From Vicugna vicugna (taxonomy: Eukaryota): DNA of 64,000 nt. The notes under the pieces were generated by a model. That model was not told where the DNA came from and searched no databases. It saw only the letters and a list, made by a program, of their open reading frames with translations. Below are positions 37,183-49,665 of this stretch, in pieces. How positions within the stretch are numbered: position 1 is the first letter of the stretch; each line of letters begins with the position of its first letter. The translations under genes and the position numbers were made by a program. The stretch lies in contig MU058000.1 in the NCBI GenBank assembly GCA_013265495.1, positions 1,550,001-1,614,000 on the forward strand. The letters run 5' to 3'.

Positions 37183-37580
37183 CTTCCAAACCCTAACCAT
37201 AACTCTGTTTAATCAAGTTTTTTTTTAACCACATGAGCCTTGAGAGAAGGTCTAAAAGGAGAAACAGAGGCAAAGAAATCAATTAATTGATCAGTCATCA
37301 ATCCATAGGCACTTGTGTATGCAGAGTTCCTGCTCTGTGCCAGATACAGTACCTGAGCTTGAGAAGTGAAGTCTTGTGAGGCTTTCAAACCAGCAACATT
37401 GATATTCCCTGGAGGCAGCCATGAATCTTCATGGACCCTTGTCCATTTGAAAAGGAGAAGTGTATATAAGAACACAGATAATACGGAATTAATTTAGTGC
37501 TTTACAATTGGATGTTCCCCTTCTCCCCCAAGAATCAGCTACTTTTTCTTGAATTTCAATTTCTTAGCATAGATCTTAAT

Positions 37581-37777
37581 CAGTGATGCACTGGAGAGGG
37601 CTGCTACCAGCATCTTATTACTACATTTTCAGGATTTTTCTAAGGAGTTTGACATCACATTAATAGCTTGAAATTGGCCATGGTGGGATTTCTTTATACC
37701 ACAGCAACCTACAGATGGTACAAATCAGACTTGTCGCAGAGAGAGCTGGTTGTTCATCTTTTACCAGCACACCACGA
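37581..37777 (+). mobile_element. MER63A-like hAT-Blackjack MITE
   Basis: cagtgatgcactgga / taccagcacaccac termini; tagcttgaaattggccatggtggga internal motif. Confidence 0.78.
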
Positions 37778-39871
37778 GACTTTAAGCATCAGGAAGAGTT
37801 TCTCCTTCCCCTTCTCTCATCACCAGTGATACTTACAAAGCGTGAAGTAGCACAAACAAGTAACAGCTAGGGAGTAATTACTTCCTGGTGTCAGAGTTCA
37901 TCTTGGACAGAGAAATGAGTTTGGGGAAGGGGCTGACACTTTCTGCTTTGCACTAAGCTACCGGTTTCTTTAAGAACTCCCAAGCTAAGACAGACCCCTC
38001 AGAGTTCTTCCAGGATAACGGGCCCTCCTGGGCTGGCCTCTGGCTCTTTTCCCAGGCTGTTGCCTGCTGCTTCATGCCCCGAACAACCACCAGCATCTGA
38101 GGGAATAGAGGCAGCAGAACAGGTGCTGAATGCAGGGCAGAAGCCCGCGGGGCGCAGCACTGCACCATGGGTGCTGCTTCCTCACCCTGGAACTGTCCCC
38201 GCTCATTTTCCTGTACCAGGTGTATTAGGCGAGTGCTTTGTGCCTTAGTTTGGTGAGGTTTCTCAAGAAAAAAATAACCTGGTGGCTTCTCTACCTTCAT
38301 TCTTTAAGGAATTTTACCTAGATAGGGTCACATTTTAATCCCCCCCTCAGAGTTCTGTCCTAAATCGCATCTTGTACCCTGGGGTTCCTCATCCTGTTTG
38401 CTATAATAATTCTAATGTTTAATATCAGGTCTATTAATATACTTCCCAGTCCAATAACTAACTTGTGTTTCCATTACATTTCTATCCTCTTCAAACATGG
38501 ATTGTTTTGGAGTTCAGGGAAACAGATTGTGTTCCCAACGTTAACACTTTTCTACAATCTGACTTTGGGGAAATAATTGAGCCCTGCTGTCTGTGGAATG
38601 GGTGTCAACATTTCTTTCCCATAGACCTCTTGAGAAAATTGTGTAAATAAGTGAGACCATGTGAGATGCTTTGTACTTATTAAGGAATGGAATGCATATG
38701 GGAAACTGCAGGAACGTATTTCTGAGAGTCATACAAGGCTCTTTCTCCCTTGTAGCTCCATTTGTCCTCGCATATCCATCTTGCTGCCTCTCTCGACCAC
38801 TCCTGTATTAAGACATTTGCTGCTCTTATATTGAGATTCTTGTTCTGCTACTTAGTGTTGCTTTTTATATCGATCCTTTTGAATCTATTGCCCTTATTAT
38901 ACAGTATTGCATTGAAATTATTATATATTAATGAAACATAATTCAGCCTCGAAATAATCATCTCCTTAGAATGAGACACCACAGGTTCCTAACATCCCTC
39001 TCTCTGTGTCTCTCTCTGGCATCCTGCCCTCACCACCCTTCTCTCCCCACCCAATGTGCTTCTAAACAGATCTTGTTCAAGCTCACACAGACTAAGCTGT
39101 GTGTGCTCTGTATTTCCCTGCTGTATTAGCTTCTGATACCATCTGCTTCGTTGCTTCAGCAAGAGAAACATGGATTGAACTCTTTTTGACATGTTGCCAA
39201 TTACATTAAAGAGGGAGGGGGAAAAAAAGAAAAGACTGAGGAACAAAATGAAACAAGCAACACCTGAGGACAGCGTTGATGCGCTCACACCCCGTTTCCT
39301 GTTTGTTGACAAGTTTAAATGGAAATCTCGAGCTGCATTTCTGAGTAAATGTCTGTGTCATTATTTTCTAGTCTTAACGTGGCCTGTTTAATTTCTCTTG
39401 ACTCTTCTTATTTTGTCTGTGACTCCTCTACACCTTACTTCCTCAAGTTTTCCTAAGCACAGAGAATGAACGACTTCAACCACCACAGACTGCACTCGGT
39501 GGACCCAATCCCAGTTCATTTGGTTACAAGGATCCAACCCCACCAGCCTTCTAACTACCACCTCCCTCCTCCCAAGCTCTCCCTTCTTTTCAGTTAGGTG
39601 GCTAAACCATGAAGCCTTCTTTTGGCCTCCTTCTCTAAGATTTTCACTTCCCCAACTTGAAGAATTTATTAGGGTGATCAACCATCCACGTTGGCCAGAG
39701 GCTTTGCTGGACTTAGCACTGCAAGTCTTATGTCCTGGGAAACTGCTCAGTCCTGGTCACACTGACAGCTGCTCATCCTACTTCTCATGTATTAACTGAG
39801 GAACGTGAAATAGATGTTACAGCACATTGTTCTGCATTTAGTCTTTTGATTGAACTGAATTCTCTATTCCT

Positions 39872-40068
39872 CCCAGGTGGAAAAACCACAGCGCATTAGC
39901 CAGATTCAGCCTGGGGCCTGATTTTGTACAGCCCGTGACTTCAGAATGTTTTTTACATTATTAAAGAGTTGTTAAAATAAAAGTGAATATATGACAGAGA
40001 CCACATGTGTCCTACAAAGCCAAAAAATTTCCTCTCTGGCCCTTCGCAGAAAAACTGCTAACAGATTG
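39872..40068 (+). mobile_element. MER58 (C-like) hAT-Charlie MITE
   Basis: ttttgtacagcccgtga...agaatgttttttacatt...gacagagaccacatgtg...caaagcc...tctggcccttcgcagaaaaa. Confidence 0.78.
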
Positions 40069-42258
40069 AAGACTTCTTCCTTGTTGTGCAGCAACAGGGT
40101 TTGGGATGCTCAAACAAAGCCCATTTTGCTAATGAGACGCAAGAAGAATATAGTGATCTTTGATTACTGAAAGCAGATTCTAGAAATGACTCTCACTCAT
40201 ATCATTCCTTTGTATTATTAAAATTTTGCTTATTCTGTGGAGAAGGGAAAGCAGTGTATATGTAACATAGATGACCCCAAATTTTATTTAAAAGAAAAAA
40301 AATGTTGCTTTTAATTAAAGTTAGCAATTGTGACCGAAATGTAGTTTGTGTGTAAGTGGTTAATTGTTTTCTAGTACATGTCAATTGTCTCCCCATCTCT
40401 ACTGTAAATGATTTCATTTAAGCCAGTAAACCTTTCCTGGTCCAGGCACAGCATGTGTCCTAAATTGGCTCAATCTGGTGGAAGGAAAGGAAATGGACAT
40501 TAACAAAAAGGTATTGTACCTGTAACTTGGACTTGTGTGCAAGTTTTAAAATTTGATAGAGAAAAAAACTTCCAACTTACGAAATAGGCTATCCTTTTTC
40601 TTTCTCTCTTTCTCTTTCTTTTCCTTCCTTCCTTCCTTCCTAATATAATCTAGAAAAATATCAAGTACTATAGTGTACATCTGAAACTAATATAAATCAA
40701 CTAGATCTCAATAAAAAAATCTGAAGCTGATTATAATAGTCATGAACAAGTTCATCACATTTTGCATGTCTGAATGTTGTTCCAATCCACAAGCTTTGGA
40801 AAAGGCCTAGGAATTGCTTGATGTAGTCACCTCGTGATTGCCTGAATCTAATTATGTTAGTGCTCTGGTCTCCTGGTTGTAATTCCAGAGACCTTCCAGG
40901 ATTTTCCCAATTAGCAATTTTCCTCCAAAGCTGGGCCTGGCCTTCACTGACAAGACTATGAACTAGCTGGTATACATCAGAGAAACCGGACTTAACAAGT
41001 TTGAATGACTGTATTAGGTTCCTCAGCAAATCTGTGAAGATACTCAGTTACTTAATTTGAGAAAATTTTTGACGATGGCTTGCTATTCACTTTTAGTCCA
41101 GGGAATACAAGAAACCAAGGGTTTAGCCTCTGGATCCTTGGAAAGCTTAATTTTAAAGGGGAGAGAGGGGTTCTGACAAGTTCAGAGGGAAGCAGATGGG
41201 GTGAGTTTCAGAGAAAAGGAGATCAGTAAGAGAATTAGTATGGGGGGCTTGAGGGTGTAGAGGGGGTGTGGATGGCAGAGAAGGGAGAGAGGAAGATGAT
41301 GCCAGATGTGGAGCCGGGGACAAGCCAAGGAGGAAGAGCCTGAGGCTTTGGGAGATACTTAATTTTTCTTTGCTTGCTTGCCTCAGTTAATCTTACAATC
41401 TTGATTTCCAGAGATGGAATCTTAGACTTCTGATTACATTCAGAAGCCTCAAAATACCAACCAAGATAGGCATTTCATTCAGTTCTGGAAATTTTAGAGC
41501 TCTTGTAGTCCAATTCAGCTTTAAGAAAATTAAGTTTGGGGATTTGAAAAGTTCCCCATAAGGCCACTGAGACCCTAAATTGCCTTTGGTCTGGTCCGTC
41601 CAGTTAGTTAGACGTGTACCTGAGGAGGGACCATGGCTTTTAAACACAAAATTGGCTGAAGTTTCTGTAGTGGGTCCCTCAAAATATTTATATAACTGGA
41701 ATCCCATTTCTCAGTGATCTTTTTTCTCTAGAGTAAAAGAACAATTTTTAAACAGTTTAAACAGCTTACAGCTCAAGCAGCTTGCAAGCTAATCTCAGCC
41801 AATTCTAAGGAAACAGATTGGTCCCAGGGGAGCCAGGCCAAAGGCTTTCCAGCCAGTTTCCAGAGAATAACCCATTTCAAAGGAACAGGCCAAAGGCTAA
41901 AAAAACTGGCACTGTTTCAGTGAAGCAGCCTCTCATGGGAGGAATGGGCTGAGCCTGTTTTCAGCCAGCTTAGGTAGAAATAGTCTAATCTTAACATCAG
42001 ACCAACCTGCCAGATGAATACTCACACACAGAACCAGGCCTTTACCAGAAAGACAAAACCTTTGAAGTAGTTTTTGAATAAAGACTGGAGAGTTTTAAAT
42101 GCAGAGAGGACATGATCTTGCATACAGGAGGAAGACACACCTTCCAACTCCAAGGTCAGTAAGGAGGCAGTGAGTGACCAGGGGCTCAATGATGGTTACT
42201 CCACCTGTTTGCTCACCAGCCGTGGAGCCTTCAGGGTCTCCTCTGGTCCCCACCAAAA

Positions 42259-42568
42259 TACTGACCTGAATTAAGTAGATTGCCAGATACTTCTCCAGCG
42301 AAAATGAGTTTGAGATTAGTAGAGAATTGAAATTCAGGGTCTGCAACCATTATGAGCCACATGCAGGTCCCCACATGGCAAGGGAAGGAGAGCTCCTTTA
42401 TAGAGATGAAAAGGAAGGTGGGAAGGCTATAGTAAACAGAGCTCCTGGGTGTTCGTTGGTTGAGTTGTTGCCAGGAAAGAAGAGGAGTCTCACTGTTGGG
42501 CTCTGCTGTTATCTCAGAGTGAGAGACACTCCCCTTCTGGTCTTGTTTCTATTTATTAATTTTTTACA
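42259..42568 (-). mobile_element. ERV1-type solo LTR, copy 2 (same family as 11775-12126)
   Basis: Shared blocks tagattgccagatacttctccagc, agagaattg, aaggaaggtgg, agttgttgccagg, aagaggagt; TATAAA on the minus strand; no TSD seen. Confidence 0.68.
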
Positions 42569-43009
42569 GTTTTATTCTGAGGCTAATAGCATTCTTTCTA
42601 TTCCGAAGGGAGTGATTTCAAACAATAGACTCGTGAAGGTTGATTTTATTGCTCTTTGAAATAAAGATAGCTTATCTTCACTCCTGTTAGAGTGCCTTTG
42701 GCTGACACTTATATACATGCATTGTTCTTGACAATGGTCAGTAGCCAGGCTACTCATGGGTGGGAGGGATTTCCTTTCCTTTTTCTTCATTTTGTCTAGC
42801 CTAAACGTTTTTTTAGAATTGAAAATGGTATAGGAACTTTATTTAATACAGAGACTGTTAACCAGTAGTCAGGTAATTTCTAGTGAATTTATAAATAGGC
42901 TTTAAGGAATGTCCAGCAAATGTATTCATTGAATATGTTCATTTTGGTGGAAACAAAGCTTTGACATGCTCGAGGGGAGCCTTGCAAACAGTAATACAAA
43001 ATGATTCTA

Positions 43010-43143
43010 ACAATTCATTGTACAGATGGGTAAATTGAGGCACCGGTGGTTATGGGACTGATTATGATCACCTAACTAATTAGAAGTGCTATGTTAGGAT
43101 CAAAATGACTTACTTTTAGCTTCCAGTTCAGGGTGCTTGTCAC
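43010..43143 (-). mobile_element. MIR SINE
   Basis: tcattgtacagatgggtaaattgaggcac core. Confidence 0.6.
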
Positions 43144-43713
43144 TTAAGGAAAATGCATGGGAGAGGGAGGGTGGCTGGGAGGGGAAGAAATTCTCAGGCA
43201 TATTCTTCTCCCAACTAAATGTGAGTCTCTATGTAGGGTAGGTTTTTCAGAAATGTAATTGATTTTCACATGTGGCTTGGGAAACCTGCCTTGTTCTTCC
43301 ATATGCCCAACCCTGATATGTGACAGAGTTGGACCCATTATCATACTGAATACATTAGCAGAAGATATTATAGCTTTAAACATTTAAGTTTAAATCTACA
43401 AAATTTTAAATTTAACTTAAAAATTAACTATCATTTAAGTTGCCATCTGTAGATAATTTAAAACCTGTGCCAGTCTAATTAGCAATCAGGAATATGGTAA
43501 TTGCTTTTGGCATGTGAATGTGGAGAACTTCCCTGGAGTAAACTAATGCCAAGTTGTGCATTTCTGAGTCTTTTTTTCTTTTAAATTGACAGTGTAGTAT
43601 TAATAGTCTAATAATCATTACTTGGCATTCTGAGTCTTTAAAAATTTTTTTAAGCAAAAGAATATTATCTGTTTTTCATCATCTTCATCTACCTATTTCC
43701 TTAAGTCTAGAGC

Positions 43714-43918
43714 AGAATTTCTTAAGTGGGCACTGCTTTTAACATTTTGAAATGTTGATATGAACTGTCCTATACATTATAGGATGTTTTGTTGTGGAGG
43801 ACTGTCCTAAAATTGTAGGACATTTAGCAGCATCTCTTGCCAATACCGACTAGATGCTAGACCCTTTCCCTCCCATAAAAGTGACATCAAGAATGTCTTT
43901 AGATATTGTTCTTAAATG
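43714..43918 (+). mobile_element. MER20 hAT-Charlie MITE with a small internal duplication
   Basis: tttgttgtggaggactgtcct...ttgtaggacatttagcagcatc...ctagatgctag...gtgacatcaagaatgtctttagatattg; the actgtccta...agga block occurs at 43764 and 43801. Confidence 0.75.
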
Positions 43919-45234
43919 AGAATACAGGTATAGAGCATTTATTCTATAGTCCATAATTTCTTGAACATAATAGAACATGTGATTAATGCTTCTGGGAAAA
44001 CAGCTTTCTAAAGTTAACAGGAAAAAAAAGAAGCTAGGCCTCATGCTTAGTTCATCTACAGACCCACTGTAGACATCGTTGTTCCAAGAAATAACATTTT
44101 TCTTTGGTATTATACATGCATCGTTTCCCATTTGAAGGACCAATAATTACAGTTTATTAATTTATTAACTTACTTTAATACTGTAAGTATTCAGCTTTTT
44201 TATGGCTCATATTTCTTCCACTGTATTTTTACAACTAAAATTCCTTTCACAAAGTAAAAGTGTACATATTTTAAAGACTAACAGAATAAGCGTGACTGTG
44301 AAGTATTGCACAAGTGCACAGGGTGAGTCTTTACCGAAGTGGGAGCTATCTGTGGTTGGGTTGATGCCCTCGGCTATTAGAAAGGGCACTTTACGGGTAG
44401 CAATGAGATGTTTACCTGGGTGAGGCCACTGGCTGCTGCAAAGATTCTTTTCTATATGCCAGGTTGCTAGGAAACAGGAAGGAATGGATCCTCAGGAGGA
44501 ATAAATAAGTATTTTGTTGCATGGATAGGCAATCTTGGGAAAGGGGCTCCACTTCTGCCACCCATCCCCCTCTTAAATGTGTATTTCTATTTCGCCTTCA
44601 GACCCTTGACTTTCAAGCACACTTTCACGAACATGTTTTGTAGGAAAGTACAGGATTGTTTTGCTTTCTTTATATTCATTACACAGATTACTCAGCAGAT
44701 GTAAATCTATTTTTTTCCCCTCTTTTTCTCAGTATCACTTTTTGTGTTGGCCAGGCTATGGTGGTATCTCAAATTTTGTTTTGAATTCAGCCTTGATATT
44801 ATGATACCTAATCTGACAGTGATTTCCCGAGTAGCAGTTCACAGCTGTTTGACTATGAACCGCCGCCCCACCACCCCCGTGCTTTGGAAAGCGCCTTCAT
44901 CTTTCTTCATGTCACCTTGTTTGAGGAGCAATGAAATGCAATTATCCTTCACAGTGATTTGTGAACTAGCAAATGGAGTTGACATCTGTTCAGCAAATTC
45001 TGAAGACAGTCCATTTTTATTTTACCCCCTATGGAACTAAAGTCATCACAGATTTTGTCCTTTGGCCTTCCTTCCATCCCCTGTTATAGCCTTGTGATAC
45101 TCTAAGCAAGGTTAATTTAAAAAAAAAAAAGACAGAAACAGAGAATAAGAAAGAAATGATGTTTCATTATATAGTGGGAGAGGCAGTGTTTGGCCCCAAG
45201 CATTTAATTGAGAGGTCAGGATAATTAAGCAACA

Positions 45235-46460
45235 TAAATCAACTTTATGGAAATTTATTATTTATATTTATTGAACCCCTAGAATGTGTCAAGGGTTTTT
45301 CTAAGTACAGAGGATAGGGATGTGAACAAATCACACAATTTCTGTATTCTCATGGACAACAAAGAACTAAATCAGTGTATAAACAAGATAATTGCTGATA
45401 GGACAAATTGCTGTGAAGAAAGCAAGAGAGGCTACCATGGTAAAGAGGGAAGCAAGTGCTGTTTCTTTAAGGGGATCAAGAAATGACATTTAAATTAATT
45501 TCTGAATTGAAGGGAGTCAACCCTCAAATGCTGGGGCAGGTGAAGGGAACCAGAATATATCACTCTAAAATATGCCACTTTGGCATAAGGATTGTTTTGA
45601 GCTGAACTCAACTGAGAAACAGTAGACAAGAGAGAACTCTGTTTTTCTTTTTCTGTCTAAAAGCAGAACATAAATTTCCTTTTGTAAAGGTGATATCAAT
45701 TTTCATTTGTTAAGTGGAAGAGGAGAAAGACTGTTAATCATTGGAGAGCAATCTTAGACTTATCAGTGGAGTCAGCACCGATCATTTCTGCATAACAAAC
45801 TTTACTAGACAACCCTAACCTACCATACATTTTCTAGTCACCTTTTTTATAATTTAGCTCCCCCGGAAGGCCAAACTCTCCCTTTCCCTTGTCTATTCAC
45901 TTCTTCACAGTTTATTGCCCTTTGCTAAAATAATATATATGCCTCTAATTTTAACCATTTCTTAAAGTTTTTACTCTTTGGTGTATTCTACATGCATGTA
46001 AATTTAAAAATTATCAATTAAATTTCTGTTCTTTTTCTTCTGTTAATCTGTTGCTTGTCAGATTAATTCATAGTTTTCAGACGAAGAATTCAACAGGGTA
46101 GAGGGAGATTTTTTTCCTTCCCTACAGCAGGAGGATATTTCCCAGAAGAAATAGCGAGGCAAGGGTCTCTGAATCAAGAGCTACCCTGATCTGTTTAAAA
46201 AGAAAGAAGTACAGTAAAGGGGAGGAGAATTTGAAATATGGAAGTGGTCAGATTTAGGATGGCTTTTTAATATATGAAAAGACATTTGAGTATGTATATA
46301 TGTATGTACGTATTTATCTAAATGTGAGAAGAAACTATTGGGAGAGCTAAGTAGGAGAATAACACATTTTATTTTTTAAAACACGGCACTGGCTATTCTG
46401 AGAAGAGTGGGTGGTAGGAGATGAAGAGTGGGAGGAGGGGAAGGAGGATTCTGGGAAAAT
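45235..46460 (-). mobile_element. L2 LINE interrupted by an LTR
   Basis: atttattgaacccctagaatgtgtcaagg...gtgaacaaa before the LTR; continues after it with ctggctattctgagaagagtgggtggtagg. Confidence 0.6.
45541..46126 (+). mobile_element. MER34-family ERV1 solo LTR
   Basis: tgaagggaaccagaatat...aaaatatgccactttggcataagga ... agggtagaggga...ttccttccctaca; perfect 5-bp TSD gcagg (45536-45540 / 46127-46131). Confidence 0.85.
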
Positions 46461-46725
46461 GACAGCAGTCGTTTAGAAAATGACTCAAAACCTCAGAAGA
46501 GGTTTTTTTAGTCTCACAAGATATCAAAACAAAACAAAACAGGAAATATGGACAATATTTAAAACAAAATCAGATTGCAAGAATCTCCAAATAGGCGCGT
46601 AAAGGCAACCGTTATGCACACTGGTGGCATGGAGAAAATGTTAGGTAGTGGTGATGTAGAAGGTGATGTATATGAGTTAAAAGTAAATACAGTGGTTAAA
46701 GGAGTCTAGAGGCCAACTGCTTCTT

Positions 46726-46909
46726 TAAATAAATTCTAATACGTTAAGAAAAATACTTGATTTATTCATAAATAAATTCTGTCTAATACGTTAAGAAAAA
46801 TACTTGATTTATTCATAAATAAATTCTGTCTAATATGTTAAGAAAAATACTTGATTTATTCATAAATAAATTCTGTCTAATACGTTAAGAAAAATACTTG
46901 ATTTATTCA
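46726..46909. repeat. 47-bp minisatellite, ~3.9 copies
   Basis: Unit taatacgttaagaaaaatacttgatttattcataaataaattctgtc at 46737, 46784, 46831 and partial at 46878; one C>T in unit 3. Confidence 0.96.
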
Positions 46910-49059
46910 CCTGAACTCCCAGTGAGCTGTGGTTAGGAGAAACTGCCTAACTGAGGGGGGAGCCTCTGTAACCACTGTTTTATTTAACAGTAAATTCCTT
47001 CTTTAAAGAGAAGTCTGGAAGCTTACATAGCATTTGCATTCACCTTTCATTCAATTTCAGCAATTTACTTAACCAACAGAGTGTACGTCATAGGAATCCT
47101 TGGCAGTGTAAGCTAAGGAAAGCAATGTTTGACTGTTTTAATGTTCATTGTGTTAGACTTTTGGATGTTTGTCAAGGCTGAAATGTCATGTTTGATACTG
47201 ATTCCTACAGTAAATGATCATAATCTGAATATCTTTTCAGATGATTTTTGTCCCTTTCGGCCCAGCATGAACTGGCCAGTTGTGTTTTGTTTTTTGTTTT
47301 TTGTTTTTAACATGCAGATTAACTTTGTATACAAATTTTCTGTTACAAAGCCTGTAACATGAGTTTTCCTCCAAAATATTCTACTGCACAGTAAATACTT
47401 TCTGAGCTACTGGGGCAAAAATGGAATGAGCAAATTTAAGAGAGAAAATAATTAGAAAGATATAAAAAGAAATTTTGGATGCTCTCTTACTTAATAATAA
47501 CTAGTTTGTGAGCTTTTGACTTATGTTGACAAACTTATGTTGCCACTTCTATGTTTTTAACAGATGTTCCCAAGTGTCTTTCAGTGGCGCTCCCATCACT
47601 GCTGTCAAGGGGTAATGGGAGCTACTGGAATGGTGCTGTCTGCCTAAGGAAGCCTATGGCTGTGAGGTCTGGGTACCAATACCTTAGGGGTTGCTCCTTC
47701 TGCTGGGAGCCATAGGCATTATTTTCACTGTAGGGCCCAACCTTCATCAAACTCTAGAAGCACTTGTTAGGGGCTTTCGATTTACCCATCTCTCTCATTT
47801 TATAAGGGGTAATCCCTGTTGCCTTTCCTCCCAATAGAATCATCCTTCTCAATCTCACACCCTATCCTGGCACCTCCTCCATTGTAAACAGAAACCACTG
47901 AATTTCAAATATTCTGTCCACTAGTCGTGTCATGGAGAACACCACATGTCCTGCCTTTTGATTCAGAAAATGTGCTTACTCCATCTCTGAAATCTAGTCA
48001 ATATCGTTGAAGGGGAAAGTCTGTTCGCATTGTGTGGAGTCTTTCTTGTTAGCGCAGGAGACATTAGGTACGTGAGAATTATTTCTGACATCCTCCGTTG
48101 GAACCTGGGTTGCTTTTTCCCACAGAAATTATAATGTTTTTTTTAGTTAAATAGGGTTATAAGGCTTCCCCAATAAATGAATTTCCTCTATGCTATTATT
48201 TTTAGGCGTGAATAGGTTTTGAAGCTTAAGCAATAACTTATCGAACACCATTTGGAAGATAGTCTAATCATTGGCCATAGACTGCTTATAAGAATCCTGA
48301 AATCCTTCCTGTGCCTCTTCCTTGTGTTGATAATATATTCGCCCATATCATATATATACTCTGACTTTTATACAGGGTGGAAGTCCAAAAAAACATTATT
48401 TAGTTAAATATTCTCAAAGACTAACTTTGTAACCATGCCAGAGATACATAGGTGAGTCAAGATTTTATTCTGTCCTCAGAAAGCGCATTTTGTGGGGGAG
48501 AAACTCACATCCACAGACAATAATAAAATCAAAGGAAAGTACCTCAACCAAAATAATAGTTTGCTATGGGAACACACTGAAAGAGGGATTGGTTCTGCCT
48601 GCTGGGGCTGAGGGAAGCTTCATAGAGGAACTCATCATTTAAGCGAGGTGTCCAATATAATGTGAGTCTGCTAGAAGGAAGAAGGTGGCAGGATATCATG
48701 TGCATAAATGAAGAGAGCACATAGATCCTCTTTTGGGAATGCTGCGTGTGATTCAGTTTCTTCTGCTCATCTCCCATATTTTAGTCCTTTACTACAGCCC
48801 AAAAACTGGAGTTTAAAATTTCCCAGTTCCTCTGCATGCTTCAAATAGCCAAAGACAGCATGACACTGTGTCATAAATTCTTGATGTCTCTGACTTGTCA
48901 TTTTCTGGAGATACCGTGAGCATAAAAGGCAATGGGACCCTAGTCTGCTTCTCCCCACTGTTCCCTACCAAAGCTTTCCAGGAATATATTCATATAGGAG
49001 CCAGAAAGGCTAGGCCCACTGTTTTCTTTCAACTGTATGTTTCATCCATTGTGAATTCT

Positions 49060-49460
49060 TCTCAGGCCTCAGCATGCACCGTGCTTTCTTTTTCCCAAGA
49101 TTTTTCACACTCTGTGCCTTCTGCCTCGAGCGTTTTCTATCACCACTTAACTTAGCTTATTTCTGCTTATCATTCAAAATGTAATTTTGGGGTTATTTCA
49201 TTTGGGTAGCCTCCCTTGAATTTCCAAGCCTAGCAGACCATTGCATATTAGATGTCTCTGCTTTGCGCATCCCTTAAACCTCGTAATTTTCCCTATTAAA
49301 TAACTCTGCCTTATAATTGCTTGTTTAGATCTCTCTACTTACCACGAGACTGTAAATTCCTTCAGAGTAAAGACTGTTTGCCTCCTTTATTATAAAATTC
49401 TCAGCATCTACCTTAATTCCCATATAAAATAACTGTCCACTAAATATTTGAATAAATTAG
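49060..49460 (+). mobile_element. L2 LINE 3' region
   Basis: cacactctgtgccttctgcct...agactgtaaattccttcagagtaaagactgt...ctcagcatcta...taaatatttgaataaat. Confidence 0.62.
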
Positions 49461-49489
49461 TAGAATTGTGAATTGTGTAAAATAGTACT

Positions 49490-49665
49490 ACCAATAATAT
49501 CTTCGATTTATTCACCATTTGTTAAGTCCCAATACTTTAAATATATCATTTTCATTTAATTTTCAATGAAACAATTTGTGAGAGCCGTTATTATCCATAT
49601 TTTTAGATAAAGAAACAGACTTGGAGAGGGAACTTGCCAGAGATTTCGCTGTTTAAAAATGGGGA
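49490..49665 (-). mobile_element. MIR SINE
   Basis: tcatttaat...ttattatccatatttttagataaagaaacagacttggagagg. Confidence 0.6.

Noticed and set aside
39258..39275. REST/RE1-like site caacacc-tga-ggacagcg
   Set aside because: Left half-site is mismatched and the spacer is 3 nt instead of the canonical 2
11775..42568. A single large provirus bounded by the two related LTRs
   Set aside because: No gag/pol/env between them, the LTRs are strongly diverged, and copy 1 has its own TSD
46726..46909. CRISPR-like regular repeat array
   Set aside because: Units are contiguous with no unique spacers, there are no cas genes and the DNA is mammalian; it is a minisatellite
47564..47611. Plus-strand 48-nt exon-like segment (ttttaacag ... 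gtaatg)
   Set aside because: Weak donor, no recognisable peptide in any frame and no partner exons
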